DNA of 64,000 bases, from the IMG/VR virus record IMGVR_UViG_3300040751_002893, positions 25,684 to 89,683 of that record, one strand, 5' to 3'. Numbering within the stretch: the first letter of the stretch is position 1; every line of letters begins with the position of its first letter. The notes below the pieces were generated by a model that saw only the letters and a program-made list of their open reading frames with translations, was not told where the DNA came from and did no database searches. Source of the stretch: a virus. The translations under genes and the position numbers were made by a program. This document shows, piece by piece, positions 39,183 to 48,108 of the stretch.

Positions 39183-40103
39183 TTAAATAGTTTTTCCTAA
39201 TAGTTCTCGCATCTTGAATAGACCAAGCTCTTTGTGCTTACATTCAAGCATCACATCCACATCATGTCCGTATGTATCCACTGGTAGCCAGTACGAATCT
39301 GAGTGTGCATGTGCCTTGATGGACGTGTCATCATACTCTGTGGCGCGGGACTGGGAGTAGTGCACCACCGGGGTAGTATCCCCCCACGTAGACACCGCAA
39401 GGGCAAGGGCATCGGGGTTGGATAGGCCACCAGTGCAGAACGTGTGGTGGTGTAGGTCATGCACGATAGGTATACCAGTACGCTTGTAGACTTCCATAAG
39501 GTCTAGGGTAGAGTAGAGGGAGGCACGATCATCATTCTCCACAGTCAAGCGAGAACGCACTGCATCTGATAGCCTGTCCACGTTGCGACAGAAGTTGTCG
39601 ATAGCTTTGGGCTTGTCACCATAGGAAGCACCGACATGTATATTGAGCTTTGCATAGTGAGTACGAGGGAGGCATAGCAAGTCAAATAGCTCGCCATGGA
39701 TCTCCAAGTCTCGGATAGAGTTGCGAACAACATCTTCGTTGGGCGAGGCAAGTTTGACGAAGTGATCGGGATGTGATGTGACACGCATACCATGCTCTTC
39801 GATGAATAGACCACACTCAAAGAGAACCTCTTCGATCTGATCGTAGTCCGGTAAGTCAGTGAGTTGATACTCGGTAGCCCACGATACAATCTGCGAGGAC
39901 AGACGGAAGAACTTGATGTTGTGTTGCTCGTTCCATTGGAGTATCTTAAGCAAGTCTTTACTGTTCTGCAAGAAGATAGCAGAGGCATGGGGCAAACCTT
40001 TCTCTTCAAAGGTAGCCTTGCGAAATGTGCGATTGGTTGTGATACGGTTTTTGATGGACTGCTCCGAAAGTCCTTTGTTGATACATGCGTAACCTAGTTT
40101 CAT
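39183..40103 (-). CDS. uvsE: UV-damage endonuclease
   Basis: LGYACIN, FFRLSS, HPDHF, NIHVG, LTVENDD, DLHHH, HAHSD and MLECKHKE. Confidence 0.92.
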   Translation of the reverse strand: MKLGYACINKGLSEQSIKNRITTNRTFRKATFEEKGLPHASAIFLQNSKDLLKILQWNEQHNIKFFRLSSQIVSWATEYQLTDLPDYDQIEEVLFECGLFIEEHGMRVTSHPDHFVKLASPNEDVVRNSIRDLEIHGELFDLLCLPRTHYAKLNIHVGASYGDKPKAIDNFCRNVDRLSDAVRSRLTVENDDRASLYSTLDLMEVYKRTGIPIVHDLHHHTFCTGGLSNPDALALAVSTWGDTTPVVHYSQSRATEYDDTSIKAHAHSDSYWLPVDTYGHDVDVMLECKHKELGLFKMRELLGKTI

Positions 40104-40155
40104 GTTGTCTCCTGTTGTTGAATACCTATATAATATAACCTATTGTCTCAGAAAG

Positions 40156-41095
40156 TCAAGGACATTTTTTGACCATGATTTCTTTTCTTACCCAAGAGCG
40201 TTCTCCGTCCATCCAGAACACCTCATACTCAAAGGTATCCATCGCCACAATAATACCCCAACACCAAGAGTTGATGTGGTGTTCTGCTAAATCACCTATT
40301 TTCATCTAGCACCTCTTTTCTTGACCATGGATCGCTTTGAGATCCATGAGCGATCACCATCATTCCAAAATATCTCATACTCATGAGTATTGACTGCTAC
40401 AATAATCCCCCAAAGACGAGATACAGAATAATGTTCTGCTAAATCACCTACTTTCATTGATCGCTCCTATTACAACGAACACGCTGGTAAACTGGTCGTC
40501 AGCCACCGGATCTGCTTTCAAGATCCATTTAACCTTTGTATATCCGTCTTTGCCCACTCTCTTGACGATACCTATGTTTCGCCACATGCGCCATTTCTCC
40601 GTTACTAAATCACCTTTCTTCATGCTAGCACCTTAAGTTGTTCTCTCGCCACACCTATCTCGTATGTGGTGTTTGGGATCTTCACTGCGTAGCTATCGAC
40701 AAATCCGGGTCGTCTGCAAACGTATATAACAATCCCAATCTTTCCACTGTACTTACCAAAGCCTTGTATCTGTACTAAACTTCCTACTTTTATTTTCATG
40801 GTGTCTCCTACTGTTTAATCTCTTTCCACTGTCGGCCATGCCCATCTTCATCTTGAACCCAGCCAAACACTTTTTCCACCTCTTTGTGTATCACCTCTAA
40901 ACATCCAGTGCCCAAAGAGTTACGACCACCAGTGTGAACGTTTAATAGGTCTGCTACGAAGCCATATGCGTCTACAAAACCCCTTACACGAAGAACCTTA
41001 TAGAATCCTAGTATTTCCTCTCCATACTTATGAATAACCAAGTCGCCTGTCTTAAAACCAGACAAATATTCTTTTCCTTTACTTCCGAAACTCAT
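40156..41095 (-). CDS. Five MKxGDL-family miniproteins: 40156-40305, 40302-40457, 40444-40623, 40620-40799, 40808-41095
   Basis: Manual translations: MKIGDLAEHH, MKVGDLAEHY, MKKGDLVTEK, MKIKVGSLVQIQGFGKYSGKIGIV (KOW-like) and ..FKTGDLVIH. Confidence 0.75.
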
Positions 41096-41311
41096 ATTTC
41101 CTCCTATATAGCCAGTTGGCCTTTGTAAAAGAACACGTTCTTGTGCCCTTGTCTCTCTAAACTATCTGCAAACCGTAAAGCTTGATACATAGTCATTGGT
41201 TTACTCTCATGCAGTTTATCACTGCTCACATAATAACATTTCTCTATTGTATCTAACATGTTGTCTCCTGTTGTTGAATACCTATATAATATAACTGATT
41301 GACCGAAATAG

Positions 41312-41833
41312 TCAAGGACATTTTTTGTCCTCTAATAAAAGCTTCCTCAGATGATCTTTATCCTCTTTTACTCGTTGCTCCATCTTACCTTTCAAGTCAA
41401 GCATCGCTTTCTTTATTGTATGATTATTCTCACCTTGTTTTATTGCAGAAACTATTTTGTTTGGTAGCTCTGCATAAGTGCATCTGTACTTCTTAAACTT
41501 CTTGCTCTTTGTTTCTCCAAGACCGACACATACAAAGGGGTTCGGTGTGTGTTGTCCTTGTTTCTCTAAGGCTATTTTAACTATATCATCCGGTGGTATC
41601 ACAATCCATATATCTTCTTTTGGATCATATCCCACACCTACTAGATACTTATACGGTCTAGTTTGGTTCCACGTTTTCTTTTTTGATTCTCCATAATACT
41701 CTGTATTCCCAATCGTAACTATGAAATCTCCTTTTGCTTTCCCTTTCGCTGACTTGTCTCCATTATCATCTATGAAAGGGCTTGAAGCTATTATCTTTTC
41801 CTCTGTTGTTTTGCCGCTATTTGTTATTCCCAT
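41312..41833 (-). CDS. Putative PD-(D/E)XK-fold nuclease
   Basis: G..TEEK..GDFIV..YGESK pattern; start MGITNS after AGGAG. Confidence 0.4.
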   Translation of the reverse strand: MGITNSGKTTEEKIIASSPFIDDNGDKSAKGKAKGDFIVTIGNTEYYGESKKKTWNQTRPYKYLVGVGYDPKEDIWIVIPPDDIVKIALEKQGQHTPNPFVCVGLGETKSKKFKKYRCTYAELPNKIVSAIKQGENNHTIKKAMLDLKGKMEQRVKEDKDHLRKLLLEDKKCP

Positions 41834-41852
41834 TTTACATCTCCTGTTGTCT

Positions 41853-42401
41853 CTATTCAATGTAACCGTTCTCTGCCTGTTCGTCAAGCAGAAACATATA
41901 TTCTTTCAGTTGTAAAGTTTCATACTTACTTTTCAGCCATTTCACTTTACACTTTGTCTTGTCAAGATCCTCGGTGACTATACCAAAGCCGATCTTGTCA
42001 AATACTTTTTTGTCTTTATGCCTTGCCAGTATCTTCTTCATGTTTCACCTCCCTTAATAATGTTATGTATGGGGTTGACCATAGGCCACCTTTCATTCTC
42101 GGATCTGTATCTTTCTCGAGTTGAGCAAAATAATGTACTATGTAGTATCCTGTGTCGCATATTTTTGTGATACATCCTATTGCAGTGAACCCTTTGTTGG
42201 ACACCTTTACTAAATCACCTATCTTCATCTTATCACCTCTAATCTATCTTCTTTCCATAATAATGTCTTTCCATCTATGAACACAAGCCATACGGTGTCT
42301 GTGCCTGTTGCTTTGCGCCTTAATACACCTATTTTGCCTAGGTATTTCTGGTGTTCCCAAGAATAGACACTGTTTATCCTAACTAAATCACCTATCTTCA
42401 T
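41853..42401 (-). CDS. Three SH3/KOW-like miniproteins: 41853-42041, 42016-42228, 42225-42401
   Basis: MKKILARHK..GFGIV; MKIGDLVKV; MKIGDLVRI..GKIGV..LEVIR (manual). Confidence 0.7.
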
Positions 42402-42741
42402 TGATCATTCTCCTAACCCATTCGTTACCATGCTCTTTCGCATACTCTGCAACATAGTCACTCTTGAACGTGAGCATTTTCTCATTCTTGATAACTACGT
42501 TTTCAAGCTGATAGCCAGCGATAAGGAATGTTTCATCCACATTTACTGATGGATCGAATGAGAGAATCACACGACACACTGCGAAAGGCATAGACTTTTG
42601 TTTCTTAACCATTTTGCCTGTCTTTGAGTCTTTGTATGGTTTTGCCCAATACTTTCTAAATGCAATCTTGTCTATGACTGCTGTTATTGCTTTGCCACCA
42701 TTGGCGAAGAACACATTCATTTTTGGTTTGATATAAGCCAT
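42388..42741 (-). CDS. Hypothetical protein
   Basis: GGAGG RBS and its own promoter. Confidence 0.6.
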   Translation of the reverse strand: MAYIKPKMNVFFANGGKAITAVIDKIAFRKYWAKPYKDSKTGKMVKKQKSMPFAVCRVILSFDPSVNVDETFLIAGYQLENVVIKNEKMLTFKSDYVAEYAKEHGNEWVRRMINEDR

Positions 42742-42793
42742 GCTTACCTCCGTTGTTGTTTACCTATATAATATAACTGATTGTCCGAAATAG

Positions 42794-43306
42794 TCAAGGA
42801 CATTTTTTGACCGGTGTTAAGATTGAAACGCTATGTGCATCAACAACCCCATTGTGTGCCCACCTAACTCTAACAACAGTGTCATAAGGACTTACCCATT
42901 CCACTATTCCTATCCAGTTCTTACCGTACTTGAACACTCTCATTACTAAATCACCTACTTTCATACTTCCACCTTTTGCACATATGTTTTTCTAACCTGT
43001 ATTATCTGTCCATCTGCTGGACAATACACGCGTATCCAGCCAGTCCATAAGCCTATTCCCATGTAAATCATAGGTGTCTTATCTAAATCTTTACTGACTG
43101 GTACAACGACATCACCTTTCTTCATCTAACACCTCCAAGGAATAAAAAGGAACCCACAGTGTCTTGTGTCCTACTTGTACTTTGTATTGCCCAAACTGAT
43201 TGATTGGGGCTAGAACTATACCTATGTATCCATGAACATCACCATGGATGGACATACCTTTGTTGTATCTGAATAGATCGCCTTTCTTAAAATCACTTCT
43301 TTGCAT
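42794..43306 (-). CDS. Three MKxGDL-family miniproteins: 42794-42964, 42961-43125, 43112-43306
   Basis: MKVGDLVMRV..KKCP; MKKGDVVVPV; MQRSDFKKGDLF..LEVL. Confidence 0.7.
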
Positions 43307-44036
43307 CTTTCACCGCCTTTGTTCTACACTTCTTAAGGAACTTCTCCACAACAATATACACTTTTGTGTCTCCGATAGGAAGAACACGATACAAGCGTGA
43401 ACCACCTTGTTTCTCTTTGTGAGAATAAGTACTGGCATAGGTCTTACCACCCAACGGTGGACTTTCGCCCAACACCATCATGGTCTTTTTACTAAGTTTC
43501 TGGATTGTATGAGGGTTGGCTCCATAGTAGTTTGTTCCACCGCTATGCTTATGTTCTTGAAGAACTGCATCTACACCGATGTTGGAACGGAACTGCACAA
43601 TCGCACCAATATCAAAGATTGGATCTTTCACATAACTCTCAAAGACATTGAAGTTCTCTTTGCGAAACATGCTTATGAAGAAAGCCATAATCTCTTGTGT
43701 AAGCTTGCCAGTTGCATGCAAGTCCTTTATCTCATCGACACGAGTATTGTACCATCTTTTGCGATCTTCCATCATATCCATGACATGGTTCATCTTCTTC
43801 TCCGAAGATAAAAACTTCTTTGCCAAAGACTTGTTGCGAAGATAGTCTTGACCAAAGGATGACCATAGCCACATAGCTTTCCATTGTGCGTTGGAGTATT
43901 CTTCTTTTTGGTACTCATACTCAAACAGGTATGTATTATACCATGCTCTATTGTTTTCCGACATCCATTCTTTTTCTTCTTCTGTGAGCTTGTTTATTCT
44001 TCCTAATAGGATCTCTTTTGTCTTTTCTATATTCAT
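43293..44036 (-). CDS. Hypothetical protein
   Basis: Start MNIEKT; leader nearly identical to that of 36799-37725. Confidence 0.65.
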   Translation of the reverse strand: MNIEKTKEILLGRINKLTEEEKEWMSENNRAWYNTYLFEYEYQKEEYSNAQWKAMWLWSSFGQDYLRNKSLAKKFLSSEKKMNHVMDMMEDRKRWYNTRVDEIKDLHATGKLTQEIMAFFISMFRKENFNVFESYVKDPIFDIGAIVQFRSNIGVDAVLQEHKHSGGTNYYGANPHTIQKLSKKTMMVLGESPPLGGKTYASTYSHKEKQGGSRLYRVLPIGDTKVYIVVEKFLKKCRTKAVKDAKK

Positions 44037-44109
44037 TTTGTCTCCAATGAAATGTTGTTGGTTGTTCGTTGTGAACATATTATTATCTTATTGTGTTGTG
44101 TCTATTTTG

Positions 44110-44944
44110 TCAAGGACATTTTTTGACCGATACGGATCTACTATCGTGCAAAAGGCTTATTCGATCCCAACAGTCTGTAAAGCCTGTATCTATTATAGAG
44201 ATTTGTATCGCGGCACTATCATTATCAATGTGTGTTATAACAAACATTCTATTCTTGTAATACCATCCAACATCTGCGTTGAATACTCTTAAATCACCTA
44301 CTTTCATACTAACACCTCCAGTTTTTCCTTGGCAAGACGAGGGTACCAACTACTATTTGAGCCGATAATGTAAACATCTGCGCTCCATGTTCCGTTGTTC
44401 ATAACAACACCTAGTTTGCCCAAGTATCTTTTATCTTCTGTTTCTTTAATCTTTACTAATGTTCCTACTTTCATTTTATCACCTCCAATGAACGAGCTAA
44501 ATCAAAACATATTCTATCGTATTTCAAAGAATATAGTTTTACGAACGCACTATCATTATATGGGTGCAGTGCTTCCATAACAATGTATAGCCCATGATGT
44601 TCGTTGTTTCTTATTTGCACCAACGTACCTTTATTCATAATTTCTCCACTCCATCTAAATCGCACCACAACCAATCCGATACTTCTTTCTTATTTTGAAA
44701 ATAAGCTCTGAACTGGCTATACCTACCTTTGTGTCTTATCTCTAAGACAATACCTATACCAATATAAGGCATCTTTATTAAATCACCTACTTTCATTTAT
44801 CACCTCTAAGTAATGTAAAAGAAAGCTTTCTGTATGACCACCTATAAACACATGGTAGCGAAAGTTTCCTCTGCGTGTTATTTCTCTGCGTAACACTATT
44901 CCTATTTCATTTGTATATTTGCAACGCACTAGTTTGCCTATCAT
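44110..44944 (-). CDS. Five MKxGDL-family miniproteins: 44110-44307, 44304-44474, 44471-44638, 44635-44796, 44783-44944
   Basis: MKVGDLRV, MKVGTLVKI..LEVLV, MNKGTLVQI..LEVIK, MKVGDLIKM and MIGKLVRC..LEVI. Confidence 0.75.
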
Positions 44945-45141
44945 AATGTCTCCATGTTTCATGATTACCTATATAATATAACATGTTGGTCGGAGTTGTA
45001 AAGGTCATTTTTTGTCCGTTTGTTAAAAAAGTTTATAAAGTTTGACAAATTATATGAAGTTTGTTAAAATTTTATGTAACTTCTTGATGAAGTTGAGAGA
45101 ACCGGCTATTGGCGGCTTACAGCGCAGATTCGGATGATTCT

Positions 45142-45348
45142 GTTATGTAAATAAAAATTGGCACAGTTCTTGCAAGGTCATTTTAACAAATTTGTTATAT
45201 TTTGTGAAAGTTACATAAAAATGACTCAAAGTTATGTAAATATTTTTTGGCACGATTCTTGCAATAGCGAAAAAGTGGCCTTGCAGACTATTTATTGTAG
45301 GTTTTGTGTTCTGAGTTATGTAAATCATTTTTGGCACAGTTCTTGCAA
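45142..45348 (+). promoter_or_regulatory. Third sigma54-site module (three sites)
   Basis: TGGCACAGTTCTTGCA (45159), TGGCACGATTCTTGCA (45248) and TGGCACAGTTCTTGCA (45332), each with GTTATG 17 nt upstream. Confidence 0.8.
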
Positions 45349-45381
45349 GGCGAAGTTTTTTAAGAAAGTTACATAAAATGC

Positions 45382-45410
45382 TTGACAAGTTTTAACAAAT
45401 TTGCTATAAT
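45382..45410 (+). promoter_or_regulatory. Consensus sigma70 promoter, antisense
   Basis: TTGACA-N17-TATAAT with extended TG. Confidence 0.6.
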
Positions 45411-45431
45411 ATATGAAACTTAGATAAAAAG

Positions 45432-45626
45432 TTATGTAAAGTTTTCTGCCAGAGTCAACTCGGACTCATAAGCCAAGATGGTATAGGCAGTTGAGATACA
45501 ATAGATGACATATATAACCCTTGTATCTCCTCCATAACCACAGACTCCATCAGCAAGGACAACCGACAGATACCTTTGACCATCAAGGTCATCGAAGTAT
45601 ACAAGATCACCAGTCCCAAAATGCAT
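45432..45626 (-). CDS. SH3/KOW-like miniprotein
   Basis: FGTGDLVYF..ESEL. Confidence 0.55.
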   Translation of the reverse strand: MHFGTGDLVYFDDLDGQRYLSVVLADGVCGYGGDTRVIYVIYCISTAYTILAYESELTLAENFT

Positions 45627-45870
45627 CGTGTTGCCTCAGTTCCATCATATCTTCTTCAGATAGGTGCACACGTATACGTGCGAGTATACATTCATAGAAA
45701 TCCATCTCGGCAAATATGATGGCAAATATCTTTGCTGTTGATGGGATATATTTCAAGTTAGTATGAATAACATATTCACTCCATATATCATTTATCCTTT
45801 GATTGACCAATATGTAAAGCTTTATAAGCTGATCGGGATCTTCCGGAAGTTTTACATCAGAAACTCTCAT
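45607..45870 (-). CDS. Hypothetical protein
   Basis: 87-aa ORF. Confidence 0.5.
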   Translation of the reverse strand: MRVSDVKLPEDPDQLIKLYILVNQRINDIWSEYVIHTNLKYIPSTAKIFAIIFAEMDFYECILARIRVHLSEEDMMELRQHDAFWDW

Positions 45871-45952
45871 AGGGGGGCACCCCCGTAGTAGGGTAGGTCT
45901 CTAATCAAGAAGAGGGGGGAGGGGGGTAGTAGGGTAGTAGGGTGGTAGAAGG

Positions 45953-46165
45953 TCATAATATCTTTATGTCTCCTTTCTCAATCAGTCTATGAAGAGTTGA
46001 CTCTCCAAGTATAGATACAGTACCATCAGCATAGTATATCTCGTAGTTGTTTCTCCACTTAATCAGATCGTTATCAACTTCCAAAGTACCACTTGTTAAT
46101 ACTTTGGAGATGACTCCCATCTTACCCATATCTTCTATAAGCGTCCCTACTTTGAGCTTTTCCAT
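45953..46165 (-). CDS. SH3/KOW-like miniprotein
   Basis: LKVGTLI..GKMGVI. Confidence 0.55.
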   Translation of the reverse strand: MEKLKVGTLIEDMGKMGVISKVLTSGTLEVDNDLIKWRNNYEIYYADGTVSILGESTLHRLIEKGDIKIL

Positions 46166-46863
46166 TTCACAAGCAACTCCTCTAATTTGTAGCGGTCGTA
46201 TAGTGTTAGACGATTTACATATACAAGAGTTCCATGGAGTTGTGGAAAAGGACCAAGGCCATGATAGCCAACCTTTATCGCGCTTAATACTCCAACAGCC
46301 ATTCCCTTGCTGTCAAACACTATCGAACCAGACGCACCGGGGAGAGCAAAGGATTGCATCATAAAAGAAAGCGGTGTGCATGTAGCAACTGTACCATTGA
46401 ACACTGACTTGTTTAGATCAGCAGGATATCCAGCATAGACCATTGTGTCTCCTGTGATATCAAGTTTCTTGTTTGTTCTATAGTTTATTGCTTTTGCAGA
46501 ATGCAATTCGTGTCTCGGCATAAGAAACGCTATATCGTTCTCGGCATCAACAGCAACAATATCAAGTTGAACCAAAGTCTTATAGTCTTCAACATACAGT
46601 GTTTCTTTCTCTCCTAAAACATGAGCAGCCGTTACAACAAACTTGTGACTGCCTATTCTAAAATAGTTACCAGAAGCATGTCCTTGTTCTATACCATTTA
46701 TGTGAGACACTATCCTAACAGAAGAAGCAATTGCTTTGTCATAGTTGAAATAATGGGCTGACTTGGTCTGTTCAAAAGACAAGACACCTCCCTTGTCATC
46801 GAACTCAAAACCTAAAGTACAGGCCAGTATTGTCAACAGTAACATAATAAAAAACCCCCTCAT
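46147..46863 (-). CDS. Trypsin-like serine protease, exported
   Basis: Signal/lipobox ILAC; VTAAHV, DIAFL and PGASGS. Confidence 0.85.
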   Translation of the reverse strand: MRGFFIMLLLTILACTLGFEFDDKGGVLSFEQTKSAHYFNYDKAIASSVRIVSHINGIEQGHASGNYFRIGSHKFVVTAAHVLGEKETLYVEDYKTLVQLDIVAVDAENDIAFLMPRHELHSAKAINYRTNKKLDITGDTMVYAGYPADLNKSVFNGTVATCTPLSFMMQSFALPGASGSIVFDSKGMAVGVLSAIKVGYHGLGPFPQLHGTLVYVNRLTLYDRYKLEELLVKWKSSK

Positions 46864-46906
46864 CCCCTATAGTAACTAGGAACGAGAGGGCTCAAACGCC
46901 GATTGG

Positions 46907-47293
46907 CTATGCTCTTTTATAGTCGTCTTCAAGTCTCACAACATCATCGATCTCAGGTGTTGAAACTTCAATCAATGTAACAGGTGAATCATCAGGGGCA
47001 CAGAAGCGATGGATCACACCCGGAAGTATACGAAATCTTTCCCCATATCCAAGAATTTTGCGCTCAAAACTGCTTACGTCAGGTGAGCCTAGCTCCAGTA
47101 TAAGGGTGCCGTGTTGAACGAAAATTGTCTCGTCTTTTAGCTCATGATATTGTCTAGAAAGTCTGTGGCCTTTTTTGATATAAAGGATCTTTCCAAGGTA
47201 TTTATCATTCTGTGCGAAACGAATCTCGTGTCCCCATGGACGAGGGTCAATGAATTCTTCCATTCCTTTTGTTATTTTACTTCCATCAGCCAT
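46907..47293 (-). CDS. Cupin, mannose-6-phosphate isomerase (type II C-terminal)-like
   Basis: RPWG, LSRQYHELKDET, IHRF and IEVSTPEIDDVVRLEDDY. Confidence 0.8.
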   Translation of the reverse strand: MADGSKITKGMEEFIDPRPWGHEIRFAQNDKYLGKILYIKKGHRLSRQYHELKDETIFVQHGTLILELGSPDVSSFERKILGYGERFRILPGVIHRFCAPDDSPVTLIEVSTPEIDDVVRLEDDYKRA

Positions 47294-47981
47294 TGTTATC
47301 TCCTATTATTTTATTTGACTTACGTATATTCTTCACTGCGTCCAGTGGCCTTAGATTGATTAGAGCCCAGCATTTTTGAAACCCTTCGTCATCCATTGAC
47401 TCATACTCAAATGTACTCTGCGGTATAATGTGATCTATATTCCACACAGGGTTGTCTTTAGTATATTTTCGTATTGGGCCCCAATTATCCCAGTTCATCC
47501 AAGGCTCAAATTGTTTCTCCAAGTGTTGCTTTAGTTCTTCTACCGTATAGGGCAACTTTTCAAAACAAGAGCGTTCTTTGTTTTCCCTCAATGAGTTTGT
47601 AATAGATACGCTGATATTCTTTCTTAATTTCCATACTGGGTCTGTTTTTCTTTTCTGTCTGTACTTTGCTCTATATTTTTCACTAGTAGCATAAGAGTGG
47701 GACTTGCTTTTTCTACATTCTTTGCAGATAGACCTGAACCCTGTTTTATTCTTATTGTGCTTATGAAAATACTCTGAGGTACAGGGCTTTTCTATCTTGC
47801 AGTGATTGCATATTTTGCTCTCAGGAGTGCAATAAGAAAGATTTTCAATTCTTTTTTTTCTGTGTTCTTTATCACAGTCTCTACAATGAGAGGCTAATCC
47901 TGATTTCTTATTGACTTCTTTTGGAAAGTAAGTCAAATTATATTGCTTCGTAATGAAGCATCTGCTACATTCTTTATTCAT
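47286..47981 (-). CDS. HNH homing-endonuclease-like protein with CxxC repeats
   Basis: Two Zn-finger-like CxxC units; LKQHLEKQF..WNIDHIIP..NLRPL..NIRKSNK. Start MNKECS after AGGAG. Confidence 0.8.
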   Translation of the reverse strand: MNKECSRCFITKQYNLTYFPKEVNKKSGLASHCRDCDKEHRKKRIENLSYCTPESKICNHCKIEKPCTSEYFHKHNKNKTGFRSICKECRKSKSHSYATSEKYRAKYRQKRKTDPVWKLRKNISVSITNSLRENKERSCFEKLPYTVEELKQHLEKQFEPWMNWDNWGPIRKYTKDNPVWNIDHIIPQSTFEYESMDDEGFQKCWALINLRPLDAVKNIRKSNKIIGDNNG

Positions 47982-48004
47982 TTTATTTCTCCTATTTAGA
48001 AAAT

Positions 48005-48072
48005 GTAATGATAGGAGTAATCCTAGAAATAGGCAAGGAAACACTGGCCGGTGCTGTCCTCACTACCATTAC
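48005..48072 (-). ncRNA. Putative structured leader RNA upstream of the HNH gene
   Basis: GTAATGGTAG/CTATCATTAC closing stem enclosing two hairpins. Confidence 0.4.
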
Positions 48073-48108
48073 TATAAATAGTTTAGAAAAAGATAAAACG
48101 AAAATCAT

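Larger units (their letters stand above)
25358..45017. repeat. Dispersed 15-bp palindrome GGWCA-N5-TGWCC, 25 copies
   Basis: Starts at 25358, 25961, 25976, 26281, 26296, 26505, 27583, 27993, 29430, 29885, 30579, 30842, 31510, 33882, 35822, 35936, 36123, 36449, 37803, 38688, 40160, 41316, 42798, 44114 and 45003. Most lie next to a minus-strand TTGAC. Confidence 0.9.

Noticed and set aside
37726-44078. Shared peptide MFTTNNQQHFIGD at the start of two ORFs
   Set aside because: It is the translated duplicated promoter leader. The real starts follow the GGAG RBS at 37725 and 44036.
38288-44944. Miniprotein arrays as integron cassettes or DGR targets
   Set aside because: No attC-like intergenic hairpins (the genes overlap), no integrase or reverse transcriptase in the window, and no adenine-specific TR/VR pair seen.
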